Source: Candidatus Magasanikiibacteriota bacterium
Lineage (GTDB): Bacteria > Patescibacteriota > Patescibacteriia > Magasanikbacterales > UBA922
Assembly (NCBI GenBank): GCA_041674805.1
Contig: JBAYVA010000001.1
Location: forward strand, 24,624 to 88,623
Direction: 5' to 3'
DNA: 64,000 nt
The translations under genes and the position numbers were made by a program. Below are positions 38,695 through 46,959 of the stretch, in pieces; the stretch's first letter is position 1, and the number at the start of each line of letters is the position of its first letter. Under the pieces are notes generated by a model that worked only from the letters and a program-made list of their open reading frames with translations, was not told the DNA's origin and did no database searches.

Positions 38695-38843
38695 ATTTAT
38701 AATATTTTTTTATTGATTTTCAATTTATTTTTATTAAATACGTAAAAATTTCTAATTCACCTAATATCTAATTTTTAATAAAATTACAAAATTTAAAATT
38801 TTATTAGAAATTAGATATTAGAAATTAGGTGAATTTTATTCAT

Positions 38844-40328
38844 ATGCTCACAGATTATCAAAAATATAGAATTTATGAAATTTTGCCAGGTTTGTCTATT
38901 TGGCTTACTTTGTTTTTGAGTATTATATTTTCTATTTTCAAACCTTTATGGATGATTTATTTTATTATAGTTTTTGATGTTTATTGGGTATTGAAAGTAA
39001 TCAATTTTGTTTTTTATTTGAATGTTGCTTGGCTTCGTTATCATAAAATAAAAAAAGTAGATTGGAAACAAGCTTTGCAACATGAAATTAGCAATTATCA
39101 TGACAAACAGCATGTTGTTTTTTTAACAGTATATAATGAAGAATGGGTCGTAGTTGAAGATGCTTTGAAAAGTTTGGAAGAAGCTATCTATGATAAAAGT
39201 AAATTCACAGTAGTAATTGCGGGAGAAGAAAGAAAAAAAGAACATTGTGAAGATATATTTTCTCGTACCAAAAATAAATTTGAAAAATCTTTTGGACATT
39301 TGATGTTTACTTTGCATCCTGCCAATTTGTCAGATGAGACTCCTGGCAAAGGTTCCAATTTACATTATTCAGAACAAGAAGTAAAAAAATTCATAGACAA
39401 ACAAGATTGGGATTATGACAATGTTATTGTTACTGTCTTTGATATTGATACTATTTGTCATAGTCAGTATTTTGCTTATCTTACATATTTGTATTGTACC
39501 GTAGAAAAACCAACTAGAACTTCTTTTCAGCCTGTAGCTTTGTACAATAATAATATGTGGGAATCTCCATCTATTTTGCGTATTATGGCTTTTGGTACTA
39601 CTTTTTGGTCAATGACGTCTCTTGCTCGCCAAGATGCCTTGGTAACATTTTCTTCTCATTCTATGAGTTTTAGAGCTATTGTGGATGCTGGTTTTCATGA
39701 AAAAAGAATAGTTAGTGAAGATTCTCGTATATTTTATCAATGTTTGTTGGCTTATGATGGAGATTATCGGGTGACGCCAATGTATGTACCAGTTTCTATG
39801 GACACTGTGCGAGATGATAATTGGTGGAAAAGTATTACTAATTTGTATAAACAACAACGTCGTTGGGCTTGGGGTATAGAGCATGTACCATATTTGCTTT
39901 GGGAATTCAAAAAGAAAAAAAATATTCCGTTGTGGAAAAAATTCAAATGGATTTTTATTGAATGGGAAGGCAAATGGTCTTGGGCTTTGGCTGCTATCAT
40001 TATTACTATTTTAGGTCGTTTACCTTTGTGGTTGGCTAGTGAAGATATTAGACAGAGTGCTATTTTTTTGAATGCGCCACACATGTTGGAAAAATTAATG
40101 TCTTTGGCAATGCTTGGTTTGATTGTTTCTGCTGTATTTAGTTTGCCATTGTTACCAAAGCCAAAAAATGCACAACCAAAACATTTGTATGTTATTATGT
40201 TGTTACAGTGGGTTTTGTTGCCTATTTCTATGATTTTTGTGTCAGCTATTCCAGCCATTGAAGCTGTAACAAGACTTATGTTTGGAAAATATTTAGGTTT
40301 CAATGTTTCACAAAAAAAGAGAAAATAA
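38844..40328 (+). CDS. Processive family-2 glycosyltransferase (cellulose/chitin-synthase-like) with multiple TM segments
   Basis: TVYNEE (GT2 DXD region) and the QQRRWAWG (Q-x-x-R-W) motif; TM segments at both ends. Start at the ATG at 38844 or the GTG at 38829. Confidence 0.75.
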   Translation: MLTDYQKYRIYEILPGLSIWLTLFLSIIFSIFKPLWMIYFIIVFDVYWVLKVINFVFYLNVAWLRYHKIKKVDWKQALQHEISNYHDKQHVVFLTVYNEEWVVVEDALKSLEEAIYDKSKFTVVIAGEERKKEHCEDIFSRTKNKFEKSFGHLMFTLHPANLSDETPGKGSNLHYSEQEVKKFIDKQDWDYDNVIVTVFDIDTICHSQYFAYLTYLYCTVEKPTRTSFQPVALYNNNMWESPSILRIMAFGTTFWSMTSLARQDALVTFSSHSMSFRAIVDAGFHEKRIVSEDSRIFYQCLLAYDGDYRVTPMYVPVSMDTVRDDNWWKSITNLYKQQRRWAWGIEHVPYLLWEFKKKKNIPLWKKFKWIFIEWEGKWSWALAAIIITILGRLPLWLASEDIRQSAIFLNAPHMLEKLMSLAMLGLIVSAVFSLPLLPKPKNAQPKHLYVIMLLQWVLLPISMIFVSAIPAIEAVTRLMFGKYLGFNVSQKKRK

Positions 40329-40343
40329 TTTGTTTAAATAGTT

Positions 40344-42842
40344 ATGAATTATCTAAAAGATTTTCAAAATTTAGATTCTAAATGTGTAGCAATTGCTGGT
40401 GGCAAAGGTGCTTCTCTTGGTGAAATGACGCAAGCTGGTATTCCTGTACCTCCTGGTTTTGTAATTTTGTCTGAATCTTTTGAAAAATTTTTGGTAGACA
40501 CAGATTTAAATATTGAAATTAATTCTATCTTGAGTAAAGTAAATGTAAAAGAAATGCACACTATAGAAAATGCTTCAGAAAAAATTCAAGCGCTTATTTT
40601 GTCTGCAGACATGCCAAGTGATATTGCTAGTGAAATTTTGGAAAATTATCAAAAACTTGGTAGCAAATTTGTTGCTGTACGTTCTTCGGCTACTTCAGAA
40701 GATTCTGCATCGGCTGCTTGGGCTGGTCAACTAGATACTTTCTTAAATACCACAGAAACAGATTTGTTAGAAAATGTGCAGAAATGTTGGGCTTCACTTT
40801 TTACTCCACGAGCTATCTTTTATCGTTTTGAGCTTTTGGAACGTGGGAAAATGCAGAATGAAACGCATGCTAACACAGAAGATCATATTTCTGTTGCTGT
40901 GGTAATACAAAAGATGATTCAGTCAGAAAAATCTGGTATAGCTTTTTCTGTTCATCCAGTTACACAAGATGAAAATCAACTCATTATTGAAGCTGGTTTG
41001 GGTCTGGGTGAAGCAATAGTATCAGGTTCCGTCACACCAGATAGTTATGTTGTTAGTAAAGAAGATTTGCAAATTATTGATATCAATATTAGTGAACAAG
41101 GCAGAGCTCTTTATAAAAAAGAAAATGGTGGCAATGAATGGCGAGATTTGGGAGAAGAAGGCAAAAAACAAGTTTTATCAAAAAAGGAAATTATTGAATT
41201 GTCAAAACTAATTATAAAAATAGAAAAACACTATGGTTTTCCTTGTGACATTGAATGGGCTTTTGAAAATGGTGAATTTTTTATTACGCAAAGTAGACCG
41301 ATTACGACTTTATTGAAGAAAACAAAAAAAGAAGTGTATATACCGTTTGGTAGACTTGTTGCTTCAAGAGCAAGATCAAAGAAAGTTATTACACCATTTC
41401 CTGCTATTTATACCCAAGAATATGTTAGCACTTTAGATATGGAAAAAATTTATGGGACTAGAGCGCATGCAACTGTTTTAACTTGGATAGGTGATGATAT
41501 CACGACATCTACTGATAGTAATGAAGAATTTGAAAAAATTGGTAAAATAATTGTGGATAAATCTCTTTTAGATAAAAAATGGTTAAATGGTATTATTGAA
41601 TGGTCTGAAAAACAAAAAAATGAATTAAAAATTTTTATAGAAGATAGTTTTCCTATAAATAATTTATTTTCTTTGTCTAATAAAAATATAGCAGATAATT
41701 ATTTCGAATATTATAAAAAATATAGGAATTTCCATTTGAATAATACACCATCTTGGTGGATTGGAAGTAGTATTTTAGAAAATAGACTAGATGAGTATGT
41801 TCAAAAAGGAGAAATTTCAAAAAATGATTTAGCTATTCTTATAGAACCATTAGAGTATTTTTTTGATTTAAATAATGAAGAAAAAGAAATAATTGAAATA
41901 GCTGTAATGTTGAAAAAAATAAAAAATATTTCTGAAGAAAATATTCCAGAAGATGTAGATAAATTGTTAAATAAACATGTTGAAAGTTATTCGTCTATTC
42001 CATTTGCTTATATTAGTGGAGTCTTATGGAATAAAAATTTTTTTATCAAAAAAATAAAAGATATAATTTTAGAAGGTGACCCTTCGGAATTTTTACTTAA
42101 AAAAAATAAAGAATTAGAATTAAAAAGACAGAAAAGAAATGAACTTAATAAAAAATTAGACCTAAATCCACAATTAATGGGTTTGATAGAAACAACTAAA
42201 AAATTAAGTTATTTGCAAGATTTAAAGAAGGTGTTTCAAACAAGGAGTCATCCCCATTTGCAATTAGTGGTATTACCAGAAATTGCTAGAAGATTGAAAA
42301 TTGATATAAAGTATATGTGTCATCTTGATCCTTATGAAATTAGAGATAGCTTGATTTCTGGAGAAGTATCAAAAAAAATAAGTTTAGAACTTCCAAGAAG
42401 AATAAATAATTCCATTCTTATTTCAGAAAATAACGAGTATAAATGGATTCTTGAAGAAGATGCAATAGAATTTGCAAAAAAATACAAACTTATTATTTCT
42501 GATGAAAACATAATTGAACTAAAAGGGAGCTCAGCCTCTTCTGGAAAAGTAAAAGGAATAGTAAAAATATGTGAAACATCAATGGATATTTTGAAGGTTG
42601 AAAAAAATGATGTTTTGGTCGCGGCAATGACTACCCCGGATTATGTTCCTGCAATGAAAATTGCTGGAGCAATAGTTACTAATGAAGGAGGTATTACGTG
42701 TCATGCAGCAATTGTTTCAAGAGAATTGAATATACCTTGTGTTATTGGAACTAAAAATGCCACCAAAATTTTAAAAGACGGCGATCTCGTTGAAGTAGAT
42801 GCTGATAATGGCGTAGTAAGAATTTTAGAAAAAAAACAATAA
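40344..42842 (+). CDS. PEP-synthase / rifampin-phosphotransferase-like enzyme: N-terminal PPDK-type ATP-grasp domain, central domain of unknown function, C-terminal PEP-utilizing (phosphohistidine swivel) domain
   Basis: N-terminus VAIAGGKGASLGEMTQAGIPVPPGF. C-terminus TTPDYVPAMKIAGAIVTNEGGITCHAAIVSRELNIPCVIG. There is no C-terminal PEP/pyruvate TIM-barrel. Confidence 0.7.
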   Translation: MNYLKDFQNLDSKCVAIAGGKGASLGEMTQAGIPVPPGFVILSESFEKFLVDTDLNIEINSILSKVNVKEMHTIENASEKIQALILSADMPSDIASEILENYQKLGSKFVAVRSSATSEDSASAAWAGQLDTFLNTTETDLLENVQKCWASLFTPRAIFYRFELLERGKMQNETHANTEDHISVAVVIQKMIQSEKSGIAFSVHPVTQDENQLIIEAGLGLGEAIVSGSVTPDSYVVSKEDLQIIDINISEQGRALYKKENGGNEWRDLGEEGKKQVLSKKEIIELSKLIIKIEKHYGFPCDIEWAFENGEFFITQSRPITTLLKKTKKEVYIPFGRLVASRARSKKVITPFPAIYTQEYVSTLDMEKIYGTRAHATVLTWIGDDITTSTDSNEEFEKIGKIIVDKSLLDKKWLNGIIEWSEKQKNELKIFIEDSFPINNLFSLSNKNIADNYFEYYKKYRNFHLNNTPSWWIGSSILENRLDEYVQKGEISKNDLAILIEPLEYFFDLNNEEKEIIEIAVMLKKIKNISEENIPEDVDKLLNKHVESYSSIPFAYISGVLWNKNFFIKKIKDIILEGDPSEFLLKKNKELELKRQKRNELNKKLDLNPQLMGLIETTKKLSYLQDLKKVFQTRSHPHLQLVVLPEIARRLKIDIKYMCHLDPYEIRDSLISGEVSKKISLELPRRINNSILISENNEYKWILEEDAIEFAKKYKLIISDENIIELKGSSASSGKVKGIVKICETSMDILKVEKNDVLVAAMTTPDYVPAMKIAGAIVTNEGGITCHAAIVSRELNIPCVIGTKNATKILKDGDLVEVDADNGVVRILEKKQ

Positions 42843-42859
42843 ATAACTAATTTTATATT

Positions 42860-43981
42860 ATGGATCTTCCAAGTTTATACCAAAAACAAATTTCTCTTTC
42901 TGAGTGGTTTGCCAATATCAATCATAAAGAAACTGAAAATTTTCGTGAAGAAGATAATTGGAAAAGAGAAAGAATGGATGAACTATCACAATTCATTACT
43001 TTTCCTTTTGATAAACCTACTAGTTTTTCAGCCAGTGATGTAGTAAATAGAAGTGAAGAATTTGAAAAATTTTTGTCAGAACGTGGAAATGAATATTGTG
43101 CTTTGCGTCTAATTCCTATTTTGCCAGAATTGCCAAAATTGCGTATGCGAGGTATGACAATTGCTGATGCTGTCCATTCTTGGCTACCAGAACAAAATAT
43201 TGAAGCCGGTAATTATCAAGCAGATTTTGTACCACATCCAAATGATCATATTTGGTCAAGCATTTTCGTCGTCAATAAACATGGTGTTATTGGAGAAATG
43301 GTTGCTGATAGTCACAATATTTTGACTCAAGGTTTTCATGAAAATTTTGATATTGTAAATTTTACTTATGATTTTGCAACTAATATTTTGAAGACTTCCA
43401 CACAGGATGAAAATGCAGAAGAACATGTACTTGAGTTACTTTCTTATATAAGGGTGACAGATGAAAATTTGAGACAAGCAATTTCAGAAAAATTTGCAGT
43501 AGAGTTTGTGGGTGGTGAATATTTACCTGGTTATTTTGAAAGTGTGAAATCTAGTGATTTTGGTACTTGGTTTATAGATTGGAATAGAGTTCTTGGAAAA
43601 ATGTACGATGATGTTTGGAGTCCTATCACTGAAAATTTTGAAAACGATACTTTGTCTGGCAAAGTAGGTAGCCCTGGCGTAGCACAAGGTATTGTCAGAA
43701 TTATTCATCCTGATAAAATTAGTACTGGAGAATTTAATGATGGTGATATTTTGCTTTGTCTTATGACAAGTCCAGATTATGTGCCTCTTATGAAAAGAGC
43801 TGGTGCTGTGATTACACAAGAAGGTGGTATACTTTCTCATGCTGCTATCGTTAGTCGTGAAATGGGAGTGACTTGTCTAGTTGGTGTCAAAGGTGTACTT
43901 GATAAATTGCAAGAAGGTGACTTGGTAGAAGTAAATGCTAACGAAGGTGTAATAAAAATTTTAGAAAAAAAGAAAAAATAA
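42860..43981 (+). CDS. Protein with an N-terminal domain of unknown function and a C-terminal PEP-utilizing (phosphohistidine swivel) domain, paralogous to the C-terminus of 40344..42842
   Basis: The C-terminus TSPDYVPLMKRAGAVITQEGGILSHAAIVSREMGVTCLVG is about 60% identical to the upstream gene's swivel domain. There is no ATP-grasp domain. Confidence 0.6.
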   Translation: MDLPSLYQKQISLSEWFANINHKETENFREEDNWKRERMDELSQFITFPFDKPTSFSASDVVNRSEEFEKFLSERGNEYCALRLIPILPELPKLRMRGMTIADAVHSWLPEQNIEAGNYQADFVPHPNDHIWSSIFVVNKHGVIGEMVADSHNILTQGFHENFDIVNFTYDFATNILKTSTQDENAEEHVLELLSYIRVTDENLRQAISEKFAVEFVGGEYLPGYFESVKSSDFGTWFIDWNRVLGKMYDDVWSPITENFENDTLSGKVGSPGVAQGIVRIIHPDKISTGEFNDGDILLCLMTSPDYVPLMKRAGAVITQEGGILSHAAIVSREMGVTCLVGVKGVLDKLQEGDLVEVNANEGVIKILEKKKK

Positions 43982-43990
43982 TTTTTTATT

Positions 43991-45460
43991 ATGATTTTTC
44001 ACAAAAAAAAATTTAATGTTTTCATTTTGTTTTTTTTGTTAGTTGTTTTATTTTTTAGTGCAGGTTTTTATTTATCTTATTTTTTATTAAATAATTTGAC
44101 TCCTGAAAAAATATTACAATCAGATTTTGTACAGGAAAAAATAATAGAAACTATGGGTGAAGAAAATGCTGATATTATTAGTTTGTTGCCAACTTTCTTA
44201 GGTTTTGATGTACCAAAAAATTATTTAGTATTATTTTTGAATAATACAGAGTTGCGACCGGGCGGTGGTTTTATTGGTTCTTATGCAACTTTGCAAGTGA
44301 CACAAGGACATTTGGAAATATTGGAAATGGGTGGTACAGAATCTATTGGTGTTGATTCCTCTAATCCAAATCCTCCACAAATTATAAAAGACAAATTAAA
44401 AGTAGATAAATGGTATCTTCGTGATAGTAATTGGTCACCTGATTTTGTGGAAAGTTCTAAAAAAACTTTGGAATTTTATCAAGCTGGTAACAATGTAGCA
44501 GCTGGTGAAATTTCAGCTGTTATAGCAGTAACTACTGATGTTTTAGAAGATTTGATGAAAAAAACAGGACCTTTTGTGGTTGATGGTATTGAATTTACGG
44601 CTGAAAACGTGATAGAAAAATTGGAATATGAAGTAGAATATGGTTATGATGATAAAGGTATAAAGTTTGATGAAAGAAAAGCTATCATGAAACCTTTTAT
44701 GCTTGCTTTGGTAGATCATGTAAAATATGATATGTTTAAGAATATCAAAATTTACAAAGATTTGTTCACTAGTCTTTTGGAAGAAAAAAATATTTTAGTT
44801 TATTCTTTGTCTTCTGATTTGCAAAATATTTTAGACAAAAATGATTGGTCTGGTCGAATGAAATCTTTTTCTGGAGATTATCTTATGTGGGTTGATGCAA
44901 ATTTGGCAGCTTTGAAAACTGATCATGCTATGTTGAGAAAATTAAATTATAGTATTAGCAAAGACAAAGATGAAAATTATTTAGCCAAGGCAACTATGAC
45001 ATATATTCATAATGGTAGTTTTGATTGGCGTACGACTAGATATTTGAGTTATGCTAGAATTTTTGTACCAGAAGGAGCAGACTTGCTTGAAGTAAAAATA
45101 GGGGACAAAATTTGGCAAAAAAATTCTGAAAAAAATGATTTTGTAGTAGACAAAGGCATTGATAATTATCGTAGTTGGTTTGGAATTTATGTTGCTATTG
45201 AGCCAAAAGATACTAAAGCTGTTAGTTTTTCATATCTTTTACCAGCTAGTATTACAGAAAATATAAAAAACAATAATTACAATTTGCTTATTCAAAAACA
45301 AATTGGTTTGAACAATGCTAGTTTGACGACTGAGCTAAAATTTGGTACTACTAGTATAGTGTCTGCAGTACCAGCGGAAGCTGAAAAGTATTGGTATGAC
45401 AGTAATTATGTTTTTGAAATTGATTTTGTGAAAGATCAGATATTTAACATCAAATTTTAA
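43991..45460 (+). CDS. DUF4012-like membrane-anchored protein
   Basis: N-terminal TM segment. The motif LFLNNTELRPGGGFIGSYATL resembles the DUF4012 signature. Confidence 0.45.
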   Translation: MIFHKKKFNVFILFFLLVVLFFSAGFYLSYFLLNNLTPEKILQSDFVQEKIIETMGEENADIISLLPTFLGFDVPKNYLVLFLNNTELRPGGGFIGSYATLQVTQGHLEILEMGGTESIGVDSSNPNPPQIIKDKLKVDKWYLRDSNWSPDFVESSKKTLEFYQAGNNVAAGEISAVIAVTTDVLEDLMKKTGPFVVDGIEFTAENVIEKLEYEVEYGYDDKGIKFDERKAIMKPFMLALVDHVKYDMFKNIKIYKDLFTSLLEEKNILVYSLSSDLQNILDKNDWSGRMKSFSGDYLMWVDANLAALKTDHAMLRKLNYSISKDKDENYLAKATMTYIHNGSFDWRTTRYLSYARIFVPEGADLLEVKIGDKIWQKNSEKNDFVVDKGIDNYRSWFGIYVAIEPKDTKAVSFSYLLPASITENIKNNNYNLLIQKQIGLNNASLTTELKFGTTSIVSAVPAEAEKYWYDSNYVFEIDFVKDQIFNIKF

Positions 45461-45468
45461 ATAAAAAT

Positions 45469-46470
45469 ATGAAAAAAGTGGGAATTGACTTAGGAACAAC
45501 CAATGTACTCGTCTATGTACCAAAAAAAGGCATTGTGGTCAATGAACCTTCTGTTGTGGCAATTTCCAAAGATGATCGCCGTGTTTTGGCTGTAGGAGCT
45601 GAAGCCAAAGAAATGATTGGTCGTACTCCTGATACTATTATTGCAGAAAGACCTTTGAAAGACGGTGTGATTGCAAGTTATCGTACTACAGAAGCAATGC
45701 TTAGATATTTTATCAACAAAGCAATTGGCGGTGTACGTATTTTTCGTCCAGAAGTAATGGTAGCTGTACCAGCAGGAATTACTTCTACAGAAAGACGTGC
45801 AGTAGTAGACGCTGCTATGGCAGCTGGAGCCAAAGCTGCTTATATTATCAAAGAGCCAATAGTTGCTGCTATTGGTGCAGATATTCCGATTGGTTCTGCT
45901 TCTGGACATATGATTATCGATATTGGTGGTGGTACGGCTGAGATCGCGGTTATTTCTCTTGGTGGTATTGTTTCTGTTGGTTCTGTGCGTATTGGGGGAA
46001 ATCGATTTGATCAGTCAATTGCTGATTTTATTCGTCGTAAATATGGTTTGGCTATTGGTGAAAGAAGTGCTGAAAAAGTAAAAATTGAAATTGGTTCAGC
46101 TATGTATATGGATAATCCTTTGACTATGGAAGTAAAAGGACGTGATATGGTAACTGGTTTGCCACATACAATTTTGGTCACTTCTGATGATACTACTGAA
46201 GCTTTGCAACATGATTTGGAAGGGCTTATTGAGGCTATCAAAGAAGTTTTGCACAAAACTCCACCAGAATTGTCTGCTGATGTGATGGAAAAAGGTATGA
46301 TAATGTCTGGCGGATCTAGTCAGCTTAGAAATCTCGATGAATTAGTTTCTCAGGCAATTGGTGTACCAGCTTATGTAGCAGAAGAACCTTTGCTTTGTGT
46401 AGCCAAGGGTACTGGTATTGCGCTAGAAAATTTAGATAATTATAAGAGATCTATTTTGACTACTAGATAA
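45469..46470 (+). CDS. mreB: Rod-shape-determining actin homolog MreB
   Basis: GIDLGTTN...IIDIGGGTAEIAV...SGGSSQLRNLDELVSQAIGVPAYVAEEPLLCVAKG. Confidence 0.9.
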   Translation: MKKVGIDLGTTNVLVYVPKKGIVVNEPSVVAISKDDRRVLAVGAEAKEMIGRTPDTIIAERPLKDGVIASYRTTEAMLRYFINKAIGGVRIFRPEVMVAVPAGITSTERRAVVDAAMAAGAKAAYIIKEPIVAAIGADIPIGSASGHMIIDIGGGTAEIAVISLGGIVSVGSVRIGGNRFDQSIADFIRRKYGLAIGERSAEKVKIEIGSAMYMDNPLTMEVKGRDMVTGLPHTILVTSDDTTEALQHDLEGLIEAIKEVLHKTPPELSADVMEKGMIMSGGSSQLRNLDELVSQAIGVPAYVAEEPLLCVAKGTGIALENLDNYKRSILTTR

Positions 46471-46496
46471 GGTTTTAGGTTCTAGGTGTTAGGTTT
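46471..46496 (+). repeat. Heptad array GTTNTAG x3 (family B, forward orientation), immediately 5' of the four-helix-bundle gene
   Basis: ggttttaggttctaggtgttaggtt. Confidence 0.6.
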
Positions 46497-46511
46497 TTTA
46501 AATATTAATTT

Positions 46512-46877
46512 ATGGAGGGAGAAAAAATAATATCTTATAAAGATTTGATAGTTTGGCAAAAATCAATGGATCTTGTGTTGTTAATATATCAAATAACAAA
46601 AAATTTTCCAAAGGAGGAATTGTTTGGACTTGTTTCACAAATGAGACGTGCTGTTGTATCAATACCTTCAAATATTGCAGAGGGTAAAACTCGTGGAAGT
46701 AGGAAAGATTATAGACATTTTTTATTAAATTCTTTTGCATCAGGTTCTGAATTAGAAACTCAGTTATTAATTTCTAAAAGGTTGGATTACTTTAATATGC
46801 AAGATTTTGAAAAAATAAATTTCGATTTAACAGAAGTAATGAAAATGTTGAATACTTTAATTTATAAATTAAACTGA
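46512..46877 (+). CDS. Four-helix-bundle protein (23S rRNA intervening-sequence protein / Avd-like family)
   Basis: 121 aa. YKDLIVWQKSMDLV...SIPSNIAEG...SGSELETQL is characteristic of the TIGR02436-type family. The ORF ends with a TGA stop. Confidence 0.75.
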   Translation: MEGEKIISYKDLIVWQKSMDLVLLIYQITKNFPKEELFGLVSQMRRAVVSIPSNIAEGKTRGSRKDYRHFLLNSFASGSELETQLLISKRLDYFNMQDFEKINFDLTEVMKMLNTLIYKLN

Positions 46878-46890
46878 TAGTTTTAAACAT

Positions 46891-46957
46891 CTAAAATCTA
46901 GAAACCTAAAATCTAGGTCACCTATAACCTAGAACCTAGTTTACCTAATACCTAAAA
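46891..46957 (+). repeat. Heptad array CTANAAC x8 (family B, reverse orientation) including the longer unit ctaggtcacc, 3' of the four-helix-bundle gene and ending 2 nt before the next ATG
   Basis: ctaaaatctagaaacctaaaatctaggtcacctataacctagaacctagtttacctaatacctaaaatt. Confidence 0.6.
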
Positions 46958-46959
46958 TT

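Noticed and set aside
46512-46877. Diversity-generating retroelement, suggested by the Avd-like four-helix-bundle gene
   Set aside because: There is no reverse transcriptase ORF and no detectable template/variable repeat pair anywhere in the 64 kb. Flanking intergenic regions are only 15-80 nt. Stand-alone genes of this family are common.
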